A DNA stretch of 64,000 bases from contig CAVVTC010000005.1 in the NCBI GenBank assembly GCA_963751025.1, forward strand, positions 312,304 through 376,303, read 5' to 3'. Source of the stretch: an uncultured Acidobacteriota bacterium. GTDB taxonomy: Bacteria > Acidobacteriota > Vicinamibacteria > Vicinamibacterales > UBA2999. A program made the position numbers and the translations under genes. The notes under the pieces are model-generated. The model did not search any database. It was given only the letters and a program-made list of their open reading frames with translations, and had not been told where the DNA came from. Shown in pieces: positions 43,303 through 54,305 of this stretch (position 1 is its first letter; the number at the start of each line of letters is the position of its first letter).

Positions 43303-43449
43303 GAGTGGACCGTATCAACTGGAAGAGTACCGCTCACAACCAGCCTCGACCGCGGTTTCCCGGCCGCGACAACCCGTCCCGGGCGCACGCATGCGCGCTG
43401 GGGTGGGAGCGGAGCGGCCGGTAGTGAATCGGGAAGGACATACCACTAG
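43302..43449. mobile_element. MITE-like element, copy 1 (~148 bp), inverted relative to copy 2
   Basis: Its reverse complement, ctagtggtatgtccttcccgattc..ccggccgctccgctcccaccccagcgcgcatgcgtgcgc..gttgtgagcggtactcttccagttgatacggtccactca, matches 48217-48369 at roughly nine of ten positions by eye, with small indels. The terminal CTAG supplies the stop codon of P3. Confidence 0.85.
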
Positions 43450-45103
43450 TATCCGAAGCACGGGAGCCCATTCGGACCCGACGGCGTCCCAACCAGTCCA
43501 CGGCGAACCAGCACACGAAGCGAGCCTTCGGTGATCGAGACGCTGCCGACCTCGTCGTACCGCAGCGAAGTACTCGGCCAGCCCGAGTCGCGGGTCGTCG
43601 AGCAGTTCGCCGCCCAGAACAATGGGAACCGACTGCGAATCGAGCATGGCGATGGTTTCGCGCGCATAGCGGGGATCGGCGTAGTAGCCGACGACGAAGG
43701 TCACGCGCCCGCCGGCGAACAATCGATCCGAAAACGCCGGCACGTCGGGGTAATACCCGATCGCAATCACTCGATCGGTCGGCCGCGTACATCGATGCAG
43801 GTAGTCGGCGGCCTGTGCCCGATCGTTCCCCTGGCTCTGCCGGAGCGAATGCGGCATCTCAGCCAGATCTCGAGACGCCTGCTGGACACGGCGCACGACG
43901 TCGAAGGGCTCGAGCAGTCGCGCGGTCCGCAACTCTCCGCTCACGCTCCCCAGCTGCCAGATGCAGGCAACGGTCACCGCCAGGATCGCAACCGCGGGCG
44001 CGCCGGACGCCAGGACGCGTGGCCAGGGCCGGTGACCTGCCGTCGCCATCGACAACACGTACGCACCGAGCACTGCGACCAGTGGAGCCATGTCCCCGAA
44101 CCGCGCTCCGAGGTTGCCGCGAAGCAGGAAGTGCCAGGCCACCGCGCTCATCAGGCTCAAGGCGACGAGCGCGGCCGCGTGCGTGTCTTCTTCCGCGCCG
44201 CCACGCATGCGTCTCCGCAGCGTGATGACTGTGACCACAATGGGCACGCTCAGGAAGAGGTAGTAGATCCACGCCTCGCTGTTGTCTTCGTTGTCGAGCG
44301 TCGCGGACGGTGAACCCTCGAGCGCGACACGAGGCCAGCCGATCCGCGTGCGCTCGGTACTCGTTCGCGCTCATCTCGCGCGCGTTGCGCACGTACTCGG
44401 TCAGGCCGCGATAGTGCTGAATCCACCAGAACGACGGAGCCAGCAGGACCAATGTGATCACGCCGTACGCGGCGACTCGTCCGATCCGATCCCGCCACAC
44501 TGCGTTGCCTGACAGCGCGATCAACGCGAGAAACCCCACCGCGCAGTAGACCGCGTAGTCGTGCCTGAACAGAAACGCCACGGCCGTCCACGCGCTCATC
44601 AGCGCCACGCGCCGCCAGGTCGGCAATCCGCGGCAGCTGACAATGAGCAGCGCCGCCACCGCAGTGGTCAATACTTTCGGATAGCCATAGAGCTTGGGCG
44701 ACATCAGCGCGGACAGGAGCGCCATCGCCAGCGCCCACGGCCACCGCGCCACGACGCTGCCAGCCAGGAACGCCACCGCCGTGCCAAGCGCCATGCCTCC
44801 AACGGTGAGCCAGGCTTCCGAGCGCAGGTTGTCGCCGAAGTAGCGCTGTGCGGCCGCCGAGAACTCGTAGGTCAGCGACGGCCAGGCTCCGTGCATCGCA
44901 TCGTGGAAGTCGCGGAGCGGCTGCTCGCCCGCCTGGACCTGCTTGGCGAGCGCGAAGTAGAGGAAATGATCGTTATCGAATCCGCCGAACGCGCCGCCGA
45001 GCGTGTTGAACCGGTACAGAAACACCCAGCCGAACAGCAGGATCGCGACGACGCCGACGACGATCCGGCGCGAGAGCGGCTCAGAGGCGCGCTGATCGAG
45101 CAT
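43446..45103 (-). CDS. P-family polytopic membrane protein, paralog P3, with frame changes near 44330 and 43560
   Basis: Motifs are YRFNTLGGAFGGFDNDHF, GEQPLRDFHD, KLYGYPKV, AFLFRHDY, LRGNLGARFGD, CTRPTDRVIAIGYYPDV..RLFAGGRVTFVVGYY, and a terminal NGLPCFGY. Confidence 0.7.
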
Positions 45104-46029
45104 CGATCGAGACGGTCGGACCGGCCGCAGCCTCGATCACATATAGCGGCCGGCGCCGCGACTGGTCGAGTGATCGCCACACATACTCGCCAACCATGGC
45201 GATGGCGGACAGGACGACGCCGCAGCGCACCCGCGATCGCCCCGAGGAGAACGACGACCGCCGCCTGCAGGCTTTCGAACCACACCAGGCCGACGATCAC
45301 GGCGGCCAGACCGATCACCATCAACGCCGCGCCGGCGAGCCAGCAAGCCTTGATCGGGCGCGTCGGAGAACGCGGTGATCGAGTCGATGACCAGCTTGAT
45401 CTTCCTCGCGATGGTCCACCCCGAGCGGCCGGCGGCGCGAGGCAGCTTGTCGTACTCGATGTAGTCCTGGCGGAACCCGAGCCACGTAATCAGCGCAAAC
45501 ACGCTCACGTGCTGCTCGTCGCAGCGCCGGAACGCGTCAATCACCACGCGGTCCACGAGGAAGAAGTCGGCGCCGCGGGCCGGGATCTCCTTCATGCCGA
45601 CGATGTGTCGCATCACCCAGTAATAGAGCGCCGCAAACCCAGCGTGCGTCTGATCGCCCGGCCGTTCGCGCCGCGTCGCCCAGACGACCTGGGCGCCGGC
45701 GCGCCACTTCTGGAGCAGGGCGCCGAGCGTCTCCGGCGGATCCTGCAGATCCGACGCCATCATGACGGCCGCATCGCCGCGCACGTGATGCAGGCCGCAG
45801 GTAATGGCCACATGCGATCCGCGGTTCCGGGCGAGCCGGACGCCGCGCACGCGCGAGTCCACGACCGCCAGGCGCTGGATCACGGCGAAGGTGTCATCAC
45901 TCGAGTGGTCATCGACAATCAGCCACTCCCAGTCCTCCCCCAGCTGCGCCATCGTCTGCGTGAGGCGCGCGTGCAGGGCTTCGAGGTTGGTGGACTCGTT
46001 GAATGCCGGAGTGAGAATCGAGAAATCAT
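45081..46029 (-). CDS. ArnC/polyprenyl-phosphate-sugar-synthase-like family 2 glycosyltransferase with two C-terminal TM helices, with about 3 frame changes. One is in a T-run right after the ATG.
   Basis: ATG 46029 overlaps the upstream stop (ATGA). Motifs are SILTPAFNEST, WLIVDDHSSDDT, ARNRGSHVAI and MASDLQDPPE. The C-terminal TMs are AALMVIGLAAVIVGLVW and VLSAIAMVGEYVWR. Confidence 0.8.
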
Positions 46030-47189
46030 CGCGATACGGCCTGCTTCAGCGACGACGCGACCCGCTGCTGTTCCTCGTCGGTCATCTGGTGATAGAGCGG
46101 CAGTACGATCACCGTGTCTTGTGCCTGCTCGCCGCGGACCAGTGGTCCGGCCGAGCGCCATGAACCGGCCGGGTATGCCGGCTCGCGGTGGGCGTTCATC
46201 ACGCCGCGCCGCGTGGACACGCCCTCGTCCAGCATGCGCTGCATCACGCGACGCTGATCGAGCGGCGGCTCGAGACGAACGGTGTAGCTTTGCCAGTTCG
46301 TCCGCGCCCACGCGGGCTCGACCGCTGGGATCACACCGGGTGTGCCGCGCAACAGCTCTCCATATCCAGCCGCGAGCGCGCGGCGCCGCTCGACGATGGT
46401 CGAGAGGCGTGCGAGCTGTTCACGGCCGATCGCCGCCTGGATATCGGTCATCCGGTAGTTGAATGCCGGAACCGCGTATTCCTCGAACACGACCTGCGAC
46501 GAGGCGTGCCTGACGGTATCGGGGACCGTCATGCCGTGCTGGCGCAGAAGGCGGAACGTCGCATCCAGCTTCGGGCTGCGCGTGGTCAGCATGCCGCCGT
46601 CGCCGGTGGACAGCAGCTTGCGCGGATGGAACGAGAAGCACGCGATGTCCGCATGCGGGCGGCCGACTCGTTCCCATTGCCCTTCCCACAACAGCTCGCT
46701 GCCGATGGCGCAGGCCGCGTCTTCGATCACCGGCACACCGCGCCGCCGGGCAACCGCCAGGATCGGGGCCAGCTCGCACGGCATGCCGAGCTGGTGCACG
46801 ACGAGAATCGCCTTCGTGCGATCGGACATCGCCGGTTCGACGAGCGATGGATCGATGTTGAAGGTGTCGGAGGTGACGTCCACGAACACCGGCGTCGCAC
46901 TGCAGCAGCGGACGGCGTTCGCGGTGGCGATGAACGAATGACTGACCGTGATCACTTCGTCGCCGGGCCCGACGCCGACCGCCAGCAGGGCCAGATGCAG
47001 CGCGGTCGTGCAGCTCGAGACCGCGCAGGCGTGCGGCGCGCCGAGCGCGGCGGCGAACTCGCGCTCGAATGCGGCGACTTCCGGACCCTGCGTCACCCAT
47101 CCCGACAGGATCGCGCGGCGAGCGGCTTCGGCGTCGCGCTCGTCGAGCCAGGGTCGAGCCACAGGAATGAGCGCGGTCGTTCTGGTCAC
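46026..47189 (-). CDS. DegT/DnrJ/EryC1/StrS-family sugar aminotransferase (ArnB-like)
   Basis: Intact, 387 aa, with a GTG start overlapping the upstream stop. Motifs are ARPWLDERDAEAARRAILSGWVTQGPEV, SHSFIATANAV and FSFHPRKLL (PLP Lys). Confidence 0.9.
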   Translation of the reverse strand: MTRTTALIPVARPWLDERDAEAARRAILSGWVTQGPEVAAFEREFAAALGAPHACAVSSCTTALHLALLAVGVGPGDEVITVSHSFIATANAVRCCSATPVFVDVTSDTFNIDPSLVEPAMSDRTKAILVVHQLGMPCELAPILAVARRRGVPVIEDAACAIGSELLWEGQWERVGRPHADIACFSFHPRKLLSTGDGGMLTTRSPKLDATFRLLRQHGMTVPDTVRHASSQVVFEEYAVPAFNYRMTDIQAAIGREQLARLSTIVERRRALAAGYGELLRGTPGVIPAVEPAWARTNWQSYTVRLEPPLDQRRVMQRMLDEGVSTRRGVMNAHREPAYPAGSWRSAGPLVRGEQAQDTVIVLPLYHQMTDEEQQRVASSLKQAVSR

Positions 47190-48216
47190 ACGGTGTTGGA
47201 GGCGGGAATCCAGTTGCGGACGATCTCCTGCTCGAGGAGCTCCTCCGGCGTCTTGTGCTGATCGCGATACCAGTGCAGCAGCCGCTGCAAGCCTTCGGAC
47301 AGGGAGACCTTCGGCGCGAAGCCGAGGAGCGTACGCGCCCTGGTGACGTCGGCGATCAGCCGGTAGACGTCGCCGGGCCGCGGCTCATCGTGCTCGACGA
47401 CCGCGTCCGGCCTGCCGGTTTCAACCGCCACGAGTCGAGCGAGATCGTTGAATCGTCAGATCGACGCCGGTGCCGATGTTGATCGTCTCGCCCACCGCAT
47501 CCGGATGCTCACCGGCGAGCAGTATGCCGGCCGCGGTGTCGCTCACATAGGTGAAGTCACGGGACTGCGAGCCGTCGCCGAAGACCACCATCGGGCGCCC
47601 GGCCAGACAGCGGAGGAGGAACTTGGGAATCACTTCCCCGCTGTCGCCCTCGTGGTGCGATCGCGGACCGTAGGTGTTGAACGGACGCACGACGACGGTG
47701 GGATAGCCATAGGTGCGGAAATACGCACGGGCGTACGCACTCGCCGGCGAGCTTCGAACCACCGTAGACGGTGCAGGGAAAGGCCGGGTAATCCTCGCCG
47801 ATGCGTTCCCCCCGGATCGGCGTGGACTGCACGCCGCCGTACACCTCCGAGCTCGAGACGCAGACGAACCGCGGCACGTCGGCCTGCCGCGCGGCCGCGA
47901 GCAGCTGCAGCGTGGCAGTCGCGTTCACCTCGTGGTTTTCGTGAGGCGAGTGAACGGAATGGCGCACGCCGAGGCAGGCGAGGTGATACACGGCCCGCGT
48001 CTCGTGCAGATGCGGCGCGATCGCCCCCACGTCCCTGATATCCGTCACGAGCAGCGTCACGTGCCGCGACAGTACGTCGGCGACGTTCTCGCGCTTCCCG
48101 TTGACCAGATTGTCGACGATGACCACGCGCTCCCCGCGCGCGGCGAGCTGCCGTACCAGCTCGGAGCCGATGAACCCGGCGCCGCCCGTCACCACCACCG
48201 TCGATCGATCGGCCAT
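47186..48216 (-). CDS. NAD-dependent sugar epimerase/dehydratase, with 2 frame changes (about 47760 and 47430)
   Basis: Motifs are VVVTGGAGFIGSELV, VSSSEVYG, YGGSKLAGE, VVVRPFNTYGP and RDFTYVSD. The ATG at 48216 directly abuts MITE copy 2. Confidence 0.8.
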
Positions 48217-48369
48217 CTAGTGGTATGTCCTTCCCGATTCGTAACCGGCCGCTCCGCTCCCACCCCAGCGCGCATGCGTGCGCGCCGGGGACCCCGGGTT
48301 GTCGCGGCCGGGACATCGCGGTCGAGGCTTGTTGTGAGCGGTACTCTTCCAGTTGATACAGTCCACTAG
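48217..48369. mobile_element. MITE-like element, copy 2 (~153 bp) with CTAGTGG terminal inverted repeats. It fills the whole intergenic spacer.
   Basis: It starts ctagtggtatgtcc and ends gatacagtccactag. It contains an internal palindrome gcgcgcatgcgtgcgcgc. The left end touches ATG 48216. The right-end CTAG contains the stop of the upstream methyltransferase (complement of 48366-48368). Confidence 0.85.
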
Positions 48370-49136
48370 ACCCGCCGGGTGAGCACGAGGAACGCCACGC
48401 GGCTCACCGCTCCGAAGTCCTGCAGGTGCACCGCCAGTTGCGCAGCGGTGCGGTTGATCGGGGAATCATAGACCGGCGACTCCGGCGCCACGGCCATCGG
48501 GTGCACGATCCGCGAGACGAAGTCGTAGACGCCGAAGTGGCGTCGCGCCTCGACGGTGAAGAACCGATCGAGCCACGGCAGCAGCGTCGTCTCCTCGAAG
48601 TCCACGTTGTGCCACACCGCCGGCATCTCCGACAGTCCCATGCGCGTGCGCATCGCGTTCAAGGCGCGACGCCCGTCGGCCAGGCCCTCGACGAAAATGA
48701 ATCGCGAGCCGGGCGTGAGCAGACGGGCAATGTTCTCAATCGCGCGCTGCTGCAGCGCCCAGCTCTCGAGGTTGATCAGGCAGCGGATCGAGAGCGCGAC
48801 GTCGAACGTCCCGAGGGACGCGGGATCGAGGTCGAGCGCGTTGCCGACCTCGAAGCGCAGGCTCGGGTTGCCGGCAGCCGCGGTGCGGGCGCGGGCGATC
48901 ATCGATTCGCTGAAATCGACGCCAAGCGTCTCGCGGACGAGCGGCGCCAGGAGTCGCGTGGCGTACCCGGATCCGCACCCGACATCCACGACCCGATCGC
49001 TCGGCTCGAGAAACGGCTTGATGGTCTCGATCTCGAGCCACCGCTGCCAGACGTCGTTATGGGTCGCCTCGGCGTCGGTCAAAGATTGATCCTGGGCTCG
49101 TGTCTCCCAGAACTGCTTCACTCGCGAGTCGTGCAC
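48366..49136 (-). CDS. Class I SAM-dependent methyltransferase
   Basis: Intact, 256 aa. Motif I is VVDVGCGSGYAT, with later FDVALSIRCLINL. Confidence 0.8.
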   Translation of the reverse strand: MHDSRVKQFWETRAQDQSLTDAEATHNDVWQRWLEIETIKPFLEPSDRVVDVGCGSGYATRLLAPLVRETLGVDFSESMIARARTAAAGNPSLRFEVGNALDLDPASLGTFDVALSIRCLINLESWALQQRAIENIARLLTPGSRFIFVEGLADGRRALNAMRTRMGLSEMPAVWHNVDFEETTLLPWLDRFFTVEARRHFGVYDFVSRIVHPMAVAPESPVYDSPINRTAAQLAVHLQDFGAVSRVAFLVLTRRV

Positions 49137-49172
49137 GCGTACTCCTCGAAGGGTTCGAACGGCTCCGTCATT

Positions 49173-49600
49173 CTAGTCGAGCGCACGCACGTCTCCCGTT
49201 CTCCATCCACACCACGAACGACTTGTCGCCGGCGATCGCGAACCGCTCGGCTTCGTGGTAGTGCTGCCGACGTGAGCACCGATGCGCGGATAATCGTCGA
49301 GCATCTCCTGCTGCGTCTGGCTGTCCAGAATGACCAGCGGCACGTCCTCTGCCGGCAGCAGATCACGCGGCGGGCTCGGCGTTCGCGACTTACGTCGAGC
49401 TCGGCATCCCGCGATGACTGCGCTTTCGGCAGGCGCGCAGGTCGGCTCGGCGAAGGTTTGCGATCGGAGCTGATCGCTGCGCGATGGAGAGGTGCATGTA
49501 GTGGTCGTTCGAACTCCTCGAACGACAAGGACCGGTACACAAACGTGAGCACGCCGAGCGTGACCGCGCAGGCAGCCACGCGATAGCCGCGGCCGCCGGG
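49173..49600 (-). CDS. Fragmented small hypothetical protein, with several frame changes and low confidence
   Basis: Pieces in three frames read plausibly: AAIAWLPA..VTLGVLTFVYRSLSFEEFERPLH / DLLPAEDVPLVILDSQTQQEMLDDYPRIGAHV / HYHEAERFAIAGDKSFVVWMENGRRACARLE. No family is recognised. Confidence 0.25.
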
Positions 49601-49601
49601 A

Positions 49602-50697
49602 TCACGCGGACAGGATGCCTTCCAGACCGAGACGTGTCATGCCACGCAGATCGAGCGGGCTGAACTCGGCGGCGCCGGCCCGGGCTCCGGCCTGCCGCGC
49701 CACGAGCAGGTGCGGCGCGAGCAACTGGTCGGTGTCGTAGACGGCCACCGTCGGCACACCGAGGAACGGCGCGAGCCACGCCAGCCCGCCACAGGTGCTC
49801 AGGAAGAATCGCGATCGGGCAATGAGCGCGATCTGCACGCCGAGATTCGTCCGCGCATGCATCAACGAGCGCGCGCTCGTCACGCCGGGGATGTCACCCA
49901 GCTCCAGATCGCGATGCTCGTCGATCCCGAGATCGACGTCGAGCAGCAGCACCGGCGCGATGGCCGCGGCCCTGGCGACCAGGTGTCGCAGCGGCTCGCG
50001 CGTCCGATCGCTCATCGACAGAGCCGGTCCCGAATACAGCTTCACGGCGATGAAATCATCGGGGACTGGCAGGATCCCCGGCGCAAGACGATCGACCGAG
50101 TACCGGGTACGCCGCCACAGGAGGTCCATCGGCAGGTTGCCGTGCCATACCTCTCGAAACAGCTTGAACATCAGCGACGGATGACACACGCGGGCGTCAG
50201 TCAGGTCGAAGCGCGTACTGACCGCCTCCAGCAGCTCATCGTCGAACGCGCTCGACCCGGACTGTTTCTGACCGCCGCCCTCTGCGCTGGTGCGGCGCTG
50301 TTGGTTTCGAGCCGCGAAGTCAGACGGCGTCGTCAGATCGAAGAGATCGACGTAGCGTCCGGCGATTCCCGCGTAGGCGCTCTCCATCCCGCCGCGTGAC
50401 ACGACGATGAAGCGGTCGCTCGGGATCCCGTGCGCATCCTGAAACCAGCGGAGAAACGGAATCCAGTAGAGCACCTCATAGCCGACCTCGGCCAGCCAGG
50501 GCCCAAGGATGATGGGAGCCTTTCCCTGAGCGAGGCCCGCCAACGTCACCTCGATCTCCTCGGCGTCGCGCCGAAACGCGCGGTGTTCCTGCTCGCGCGC
50601 CTGACGTCGCATCATCCGCACGAATGGCTTCGGCGCGGCCTGCAGCCGCCGGGCGGCCTTGAGTCCGAGATTGCGCACGGCGTCGAATCCGCTCATG
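49602..50697 (-). CDS. R-family hypothetical protein, paralog R1 (intact); possible GT-B-like enzyme
   Basis: The probable start is MSGFDAVRNL (ATG 50697). Motifs are ILGPWLAEVGYEVLYWIPFLRWF, FIVVSRGG, GGGQKQ and FLSTCGGLAWLAPFLGVPTVAVY. It is paralogous to 60128-61177. Confidence 0.6.
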
Positions 50698-50712
50698 AAG
50701 AAAATCCCATCG

Positions 50713-50830
50713 CAGAGGACGCAGGGGAGCAGAGGTACGCAGAGGCTTGCGACGGGTGGACCCGCGCGTAGCGCGGGCATGGATCGAGCCCGCGCCTCCG
50801 CGATCTCCGCGATTGGTTTTCTCCGTGACA
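50713..50830. repeat. Degenerate third copy of the periodic-arm palindromic element
   Basis: The left arm is gcagaggacgcaggggagcagaggtacgcagaggc. The centre is cccgcgcgtagcgcggg. The right arm is gcgcctccgcgatctccgcgattggttttctccgtgac. It has the same 8-bp CTCCGCG periodicity as copies A and B. Confidence 0.55.
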
Positions 50831-50839
50831 TCTGTCCGC

Positions 50840-51277
50840 TCATGGCCGGTCGATTACTGCCTGCAATGCGACACCGGGCGGACATGTCGGCGCGTCGGCA
50901 ATCTGCGTGCGAACCGCCCGCGCACCGACGTCGCGCGCGAGACAGCTGAGATCGGGAGTCACACTCGCCCCGCGCGACCTGAGGTACTCGAACGCCGTTG
51001 CCGCGTCCACCAGCACCGCGGCCTCGAGCGGTGTGGCCAGTACGGGCTGGCTCGAGAGAATCCCCGCGCGAATCAACCCGATCGCATCGACGCCGTCGCC
51101 GTCCTCGAGCAGCCGCGCGGCAGTGGCCTCGTCTTTGAGCGCGATCGCTTCAGGCACGCTCCGCGGCGCACCCATCGTCAGGGGATGCGACCCTGACAAC
51201 TCGGCGCCGGCAAGCGCCGCGAGCCCGATCGTCACGACGAGCGGAGGCGCCACGAGAAGCACGCGTGTGAGATTCAC
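50840..51277 (-). CDS. Small TM-anchored ankyrin-like protein, copy 1
   Basis: GTG 51277 overlaps the Q1 stop (GTGA). The TM is VLLVAPPLVVTIGLAALAG. Then ..EAIALKDEATAARLLEDGDGVD....ATPLEAAVLVDAATAFEYLRSRGA follows. It is paralogous to 55959-56402. Confidence 0.5.
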   Translation of the reverse strand: MNLTRVLLVAPPLVVTIGLAALAGAELSGSHPLTMGAPRSVPEAIALKDEATAARLLEDGDGVDAIGLIRAGILSSQPVLATPLEAAVLVDAATAFEYLRSRGASVTPDLSCLARDVGARAVRTQIADAPTCPPGVALQAVIDRP

Positions 51278-52682
51278 CAGTCGATGTCGAACCACGCCGC
51301 CCAGCTCGATGGCGGCTGATAGGGCGTCGGATGATTCCACAGCGCGTCGCGCCTGAGCGCGTCGCGAAGCGCCGGACCATCTGCGCCACGAAGCGCGATG
51401 CGCTGTCGATCGAGCCAGGAGTCAACCGATACCCACGCCGCACGCTGCTCGGCCGCCGTCCAGCGCAGGTTGTAGTGATTGCCGGCGACACGGTAGGCCC
51501 ATCCGCAGGTCAGGACGGCGAAGAGCACCAGCGTCGGCACGATGCGCGCCGTCGCGGTGTTGCGAAACCATTCGCGCGAGGCGACGCTCACCGCGAGCCC
51601 GAAGAACACGCCGGCCGGACTCATGATGACGTTCTTCGTATAGGGAAAGCTGATCGCCGCGTTGGCAGCAAGGACGACGAGAAAGAGCGCGACCAGACGA
51701 TCGCCGTGATCGAAATTCCAGGTCCGAATCCGATCCCGACCGCGTCCACAGGAACCAGGTCACGAGTGCCGTTGCCGCGGTTGACGAGACGACCGACACG
51801 GCGCTCCACGGATGGATCGTCCCGGTCGTCAGCTCGTAGACGAAGCGCCACACGCCACCCTTCGGCTCCGCGAACAGCACCGTCGAAATCGAGCTCACGA
51901 CGTTGTAGGCGTAGAACGGCCAGGCCCGGCCCTCGAAACGCGCCGTCAGATCGGACGGCTCGAGAATACCGAACCCGAAGCCTGACGCGCGCTCCGCGAG
52001 CGTTGGAGTGCCGACGTCGAGGACGAATGCGCGGGCAACGAGATACGTCACCAGGCACGCGGTCATCGCCAGCACCGCTCGCCGCGAGACACCCCGGGCG
52101 CCGAGCGCATAGGCAGAAACACAGATCACCCAGACGAGGACCCCGGACTCGACGGTGAGCACCGATCCGACGAAGAGCGCGATGGCCAGAAGGTCCCAGT
52201 ACCAACGCGATCGTTCCCGAAGAGCCAGCGTCGCCACGGCGACACAGCACACCGCCATCGTGAGGAAGCCATTGATCGGGAAGGCCTCGCGAACCATCGG
52301 GACGAACGTGTGCGCACCGATCAGCACGGCGAGCGAGAGCGGCACGAGTGCCGCGTCGAGCGCGGTCCTCGGTCGCACCAGATGCACGAACAACACGATG
52401 AGCAGCAGGACCTGGGCGAAGTGAATGCCGCGGAACCAGAGAAAGTAGTGCCCGCCCGACAGCTCGTAGACGATCTTCAACTGGGCCCAGAGCAGCGGCC
52501 TGAGATACGCGCGTTGCGAGAACTGATCGCGAACCAGCTCGCCGAGCGTCGGCGTCTGCACCGCAAGCAGATTGCCGAAGCTGTCGCTGACCTGGATGAC
52601 GAGGCCGAACAGAAAGTAGCCGAGCACCGCCGCCACGAGCAGGGCGTAGGCATAGGCGAGCCGCGTCCACCTCCTGCGTCAC
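51274..52682 (-). CDS. Q-family polytopic membrane protein, paralog Q1, with frame changes near 52650 and 51620
   Basis: GGAGG lies 4 nt before GTG 52682. Motifs are YLRPLLWAQLKIVYELSGGHY, REAFPINGFL, TVESGVLVWV, PTLAERASGFGF, LEPSDL and FYAYNVVSSISTVLFAEPKGG. The tail is ..WNHPTPYQPPSSWAAWFDIDW. Confidence 0.6.
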
Positions 52683-54305
52683 GTCGCCTCCGTCGTACCG
52701 CGTGAAGCATGGCCAGCCGGTCGTCTGGTCGATGCGGCTCGGCGGCAGACCTGTATGCACGAGGATCCGGACGCTGCGCTCCTCATCAATCGGGATCTCG
52801 GCAAGCTGGCGAAACCGGCCGGCGACGAACGTGTCGAGCTCGGGGAGGTTTCGTTGCCAGTCGTCGTACTGGTCGGTCATCACCAGCGTGAACGCCACGA
52901 CCTGCTCCTGCACACGGGTGAGGAGACGTTGGCGATCGGCGTCCGACTGGTAATAGCCTTCGATGAAGCTGCTGTGCCCGGCGGCGAATGGCCGCTGCGC
53001 GTAGACGTAAATCTCCGGTGCGTTCCCGGTGACCAGCAGGCGATGACGCCCGGTCGTGCAGCGTTCGAGATAGTCGAAGAACGGAAAGAGCGGGATGAGG
53101 CGGCCGTCCGGGAGTTGCCGTCGCGAAAACCTGTCCGTCAGCTGGGCGGTCTTCTCTCTCAGCAGGCGCGGTACCTGACCGACACCGACCCACAGGTCGG
53201 TACGATGCAGCTGCTCGCCGGCCCGGCCAACCGCCGACACGGTGACCAGCCCTCCGACCCACATCACGGCGACGAGCGCCGTTGCTCCGACGCGGGCGAC
53301 GAGGGACCGCATGCGAAGCGCCTCGCCCGTCAGCCACGCGCCGACGAGCACGGCCGGCACGATGACATCAGGAAGCCGCGCCGCCAGCGGATCGCGAAGG
53401 AAGTTCCAGTTCACGAGCACCGCGCTCACGACGAGCGCCGCGGCGATCGGCACGTCGGTCGATCCGCGCCTGTACCCGAGCCACACGCACGCGGCCGCGA
53501 CGAAGGCCAGTACGTGCACACCGTAGTAGAGCCACGCCTGACTGCCGCGTTCGATCATGCCGAAGTGAAGTTGGGTGCGGTCGGCTTCACGACTGGAAAA
53601 CGTCAGCGACGAGACCGCGTACTGCCACAGCCCCTGGTGCGACTGGACGAACGCGAGATACGGCAGCAGCGCCAGCACGACGAGGCCACCGAACACGAAC
53701 AGCCGGACCAGCCGTGTGCGCCGATCCATCGGCGGCGTCAGCAGAATGGCCGCGACCGCCGCGGCACCGAGATAGAGGCCGTGGTCGTGGCGAAACAGGA
53801 ACGCCATCGCGACGAGGATCGCAGGCACGACGAGCCGTCGATGAGCGGGCGACCGCACCCACGCATAGATGGCGAGCGGCACGACCGCATAGAGCAGCGC
53901 CTTTGGATACCCGTAGGGTCGTGGAAAGGCGAGCATCGACACGATGCTCGCAATCACGCCGACCGCAACCGACCGCGACACCTGCCATCCGGCGATCGCC
54001 ACGCACGCGGCCGCCAGTCCGAAGGCCAGCGAGGTCATCAGCGCCTCGGCCAGCAGCGTGCGCCCGAGCACCAACTGCGCGCCGGCTGACATGGCGAACA
54101 TCAGGGGCTGGCCGGGATCGACGAAGTCTCTCGTCGGCAGTTCGCCCATGAGCATCTGCTGCGCGCCGGCCAGATACTGGTAGTGATCGTTCGACAGGCC
54201 GCTGAGCGACAGGTAGCGAATGAACGCGGTCGCCAGCAAGAGGCACACGGACGCGGCGACGATGGGCCACGTGATGCGCTGCCGCGTGTGATCGGGAGTC
54301 GTCAT
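52679..54305 (-). CDS. P-family polytopic membrane protein, paralog P5. The 3' end is inferred from the GTGA overlap at 52679-52682.
   Basis: Motifs are IRYLSLSGLSNDHY, GELPTRDFVD, RPYGYPKA, AFLFRHDH, LRDPLAARLPD, CTTGRHRLLVTGNAPEI..RPFAAGHSSFIEGYYQSDADRQ and TTGWPCF. Confidence 0.7.
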
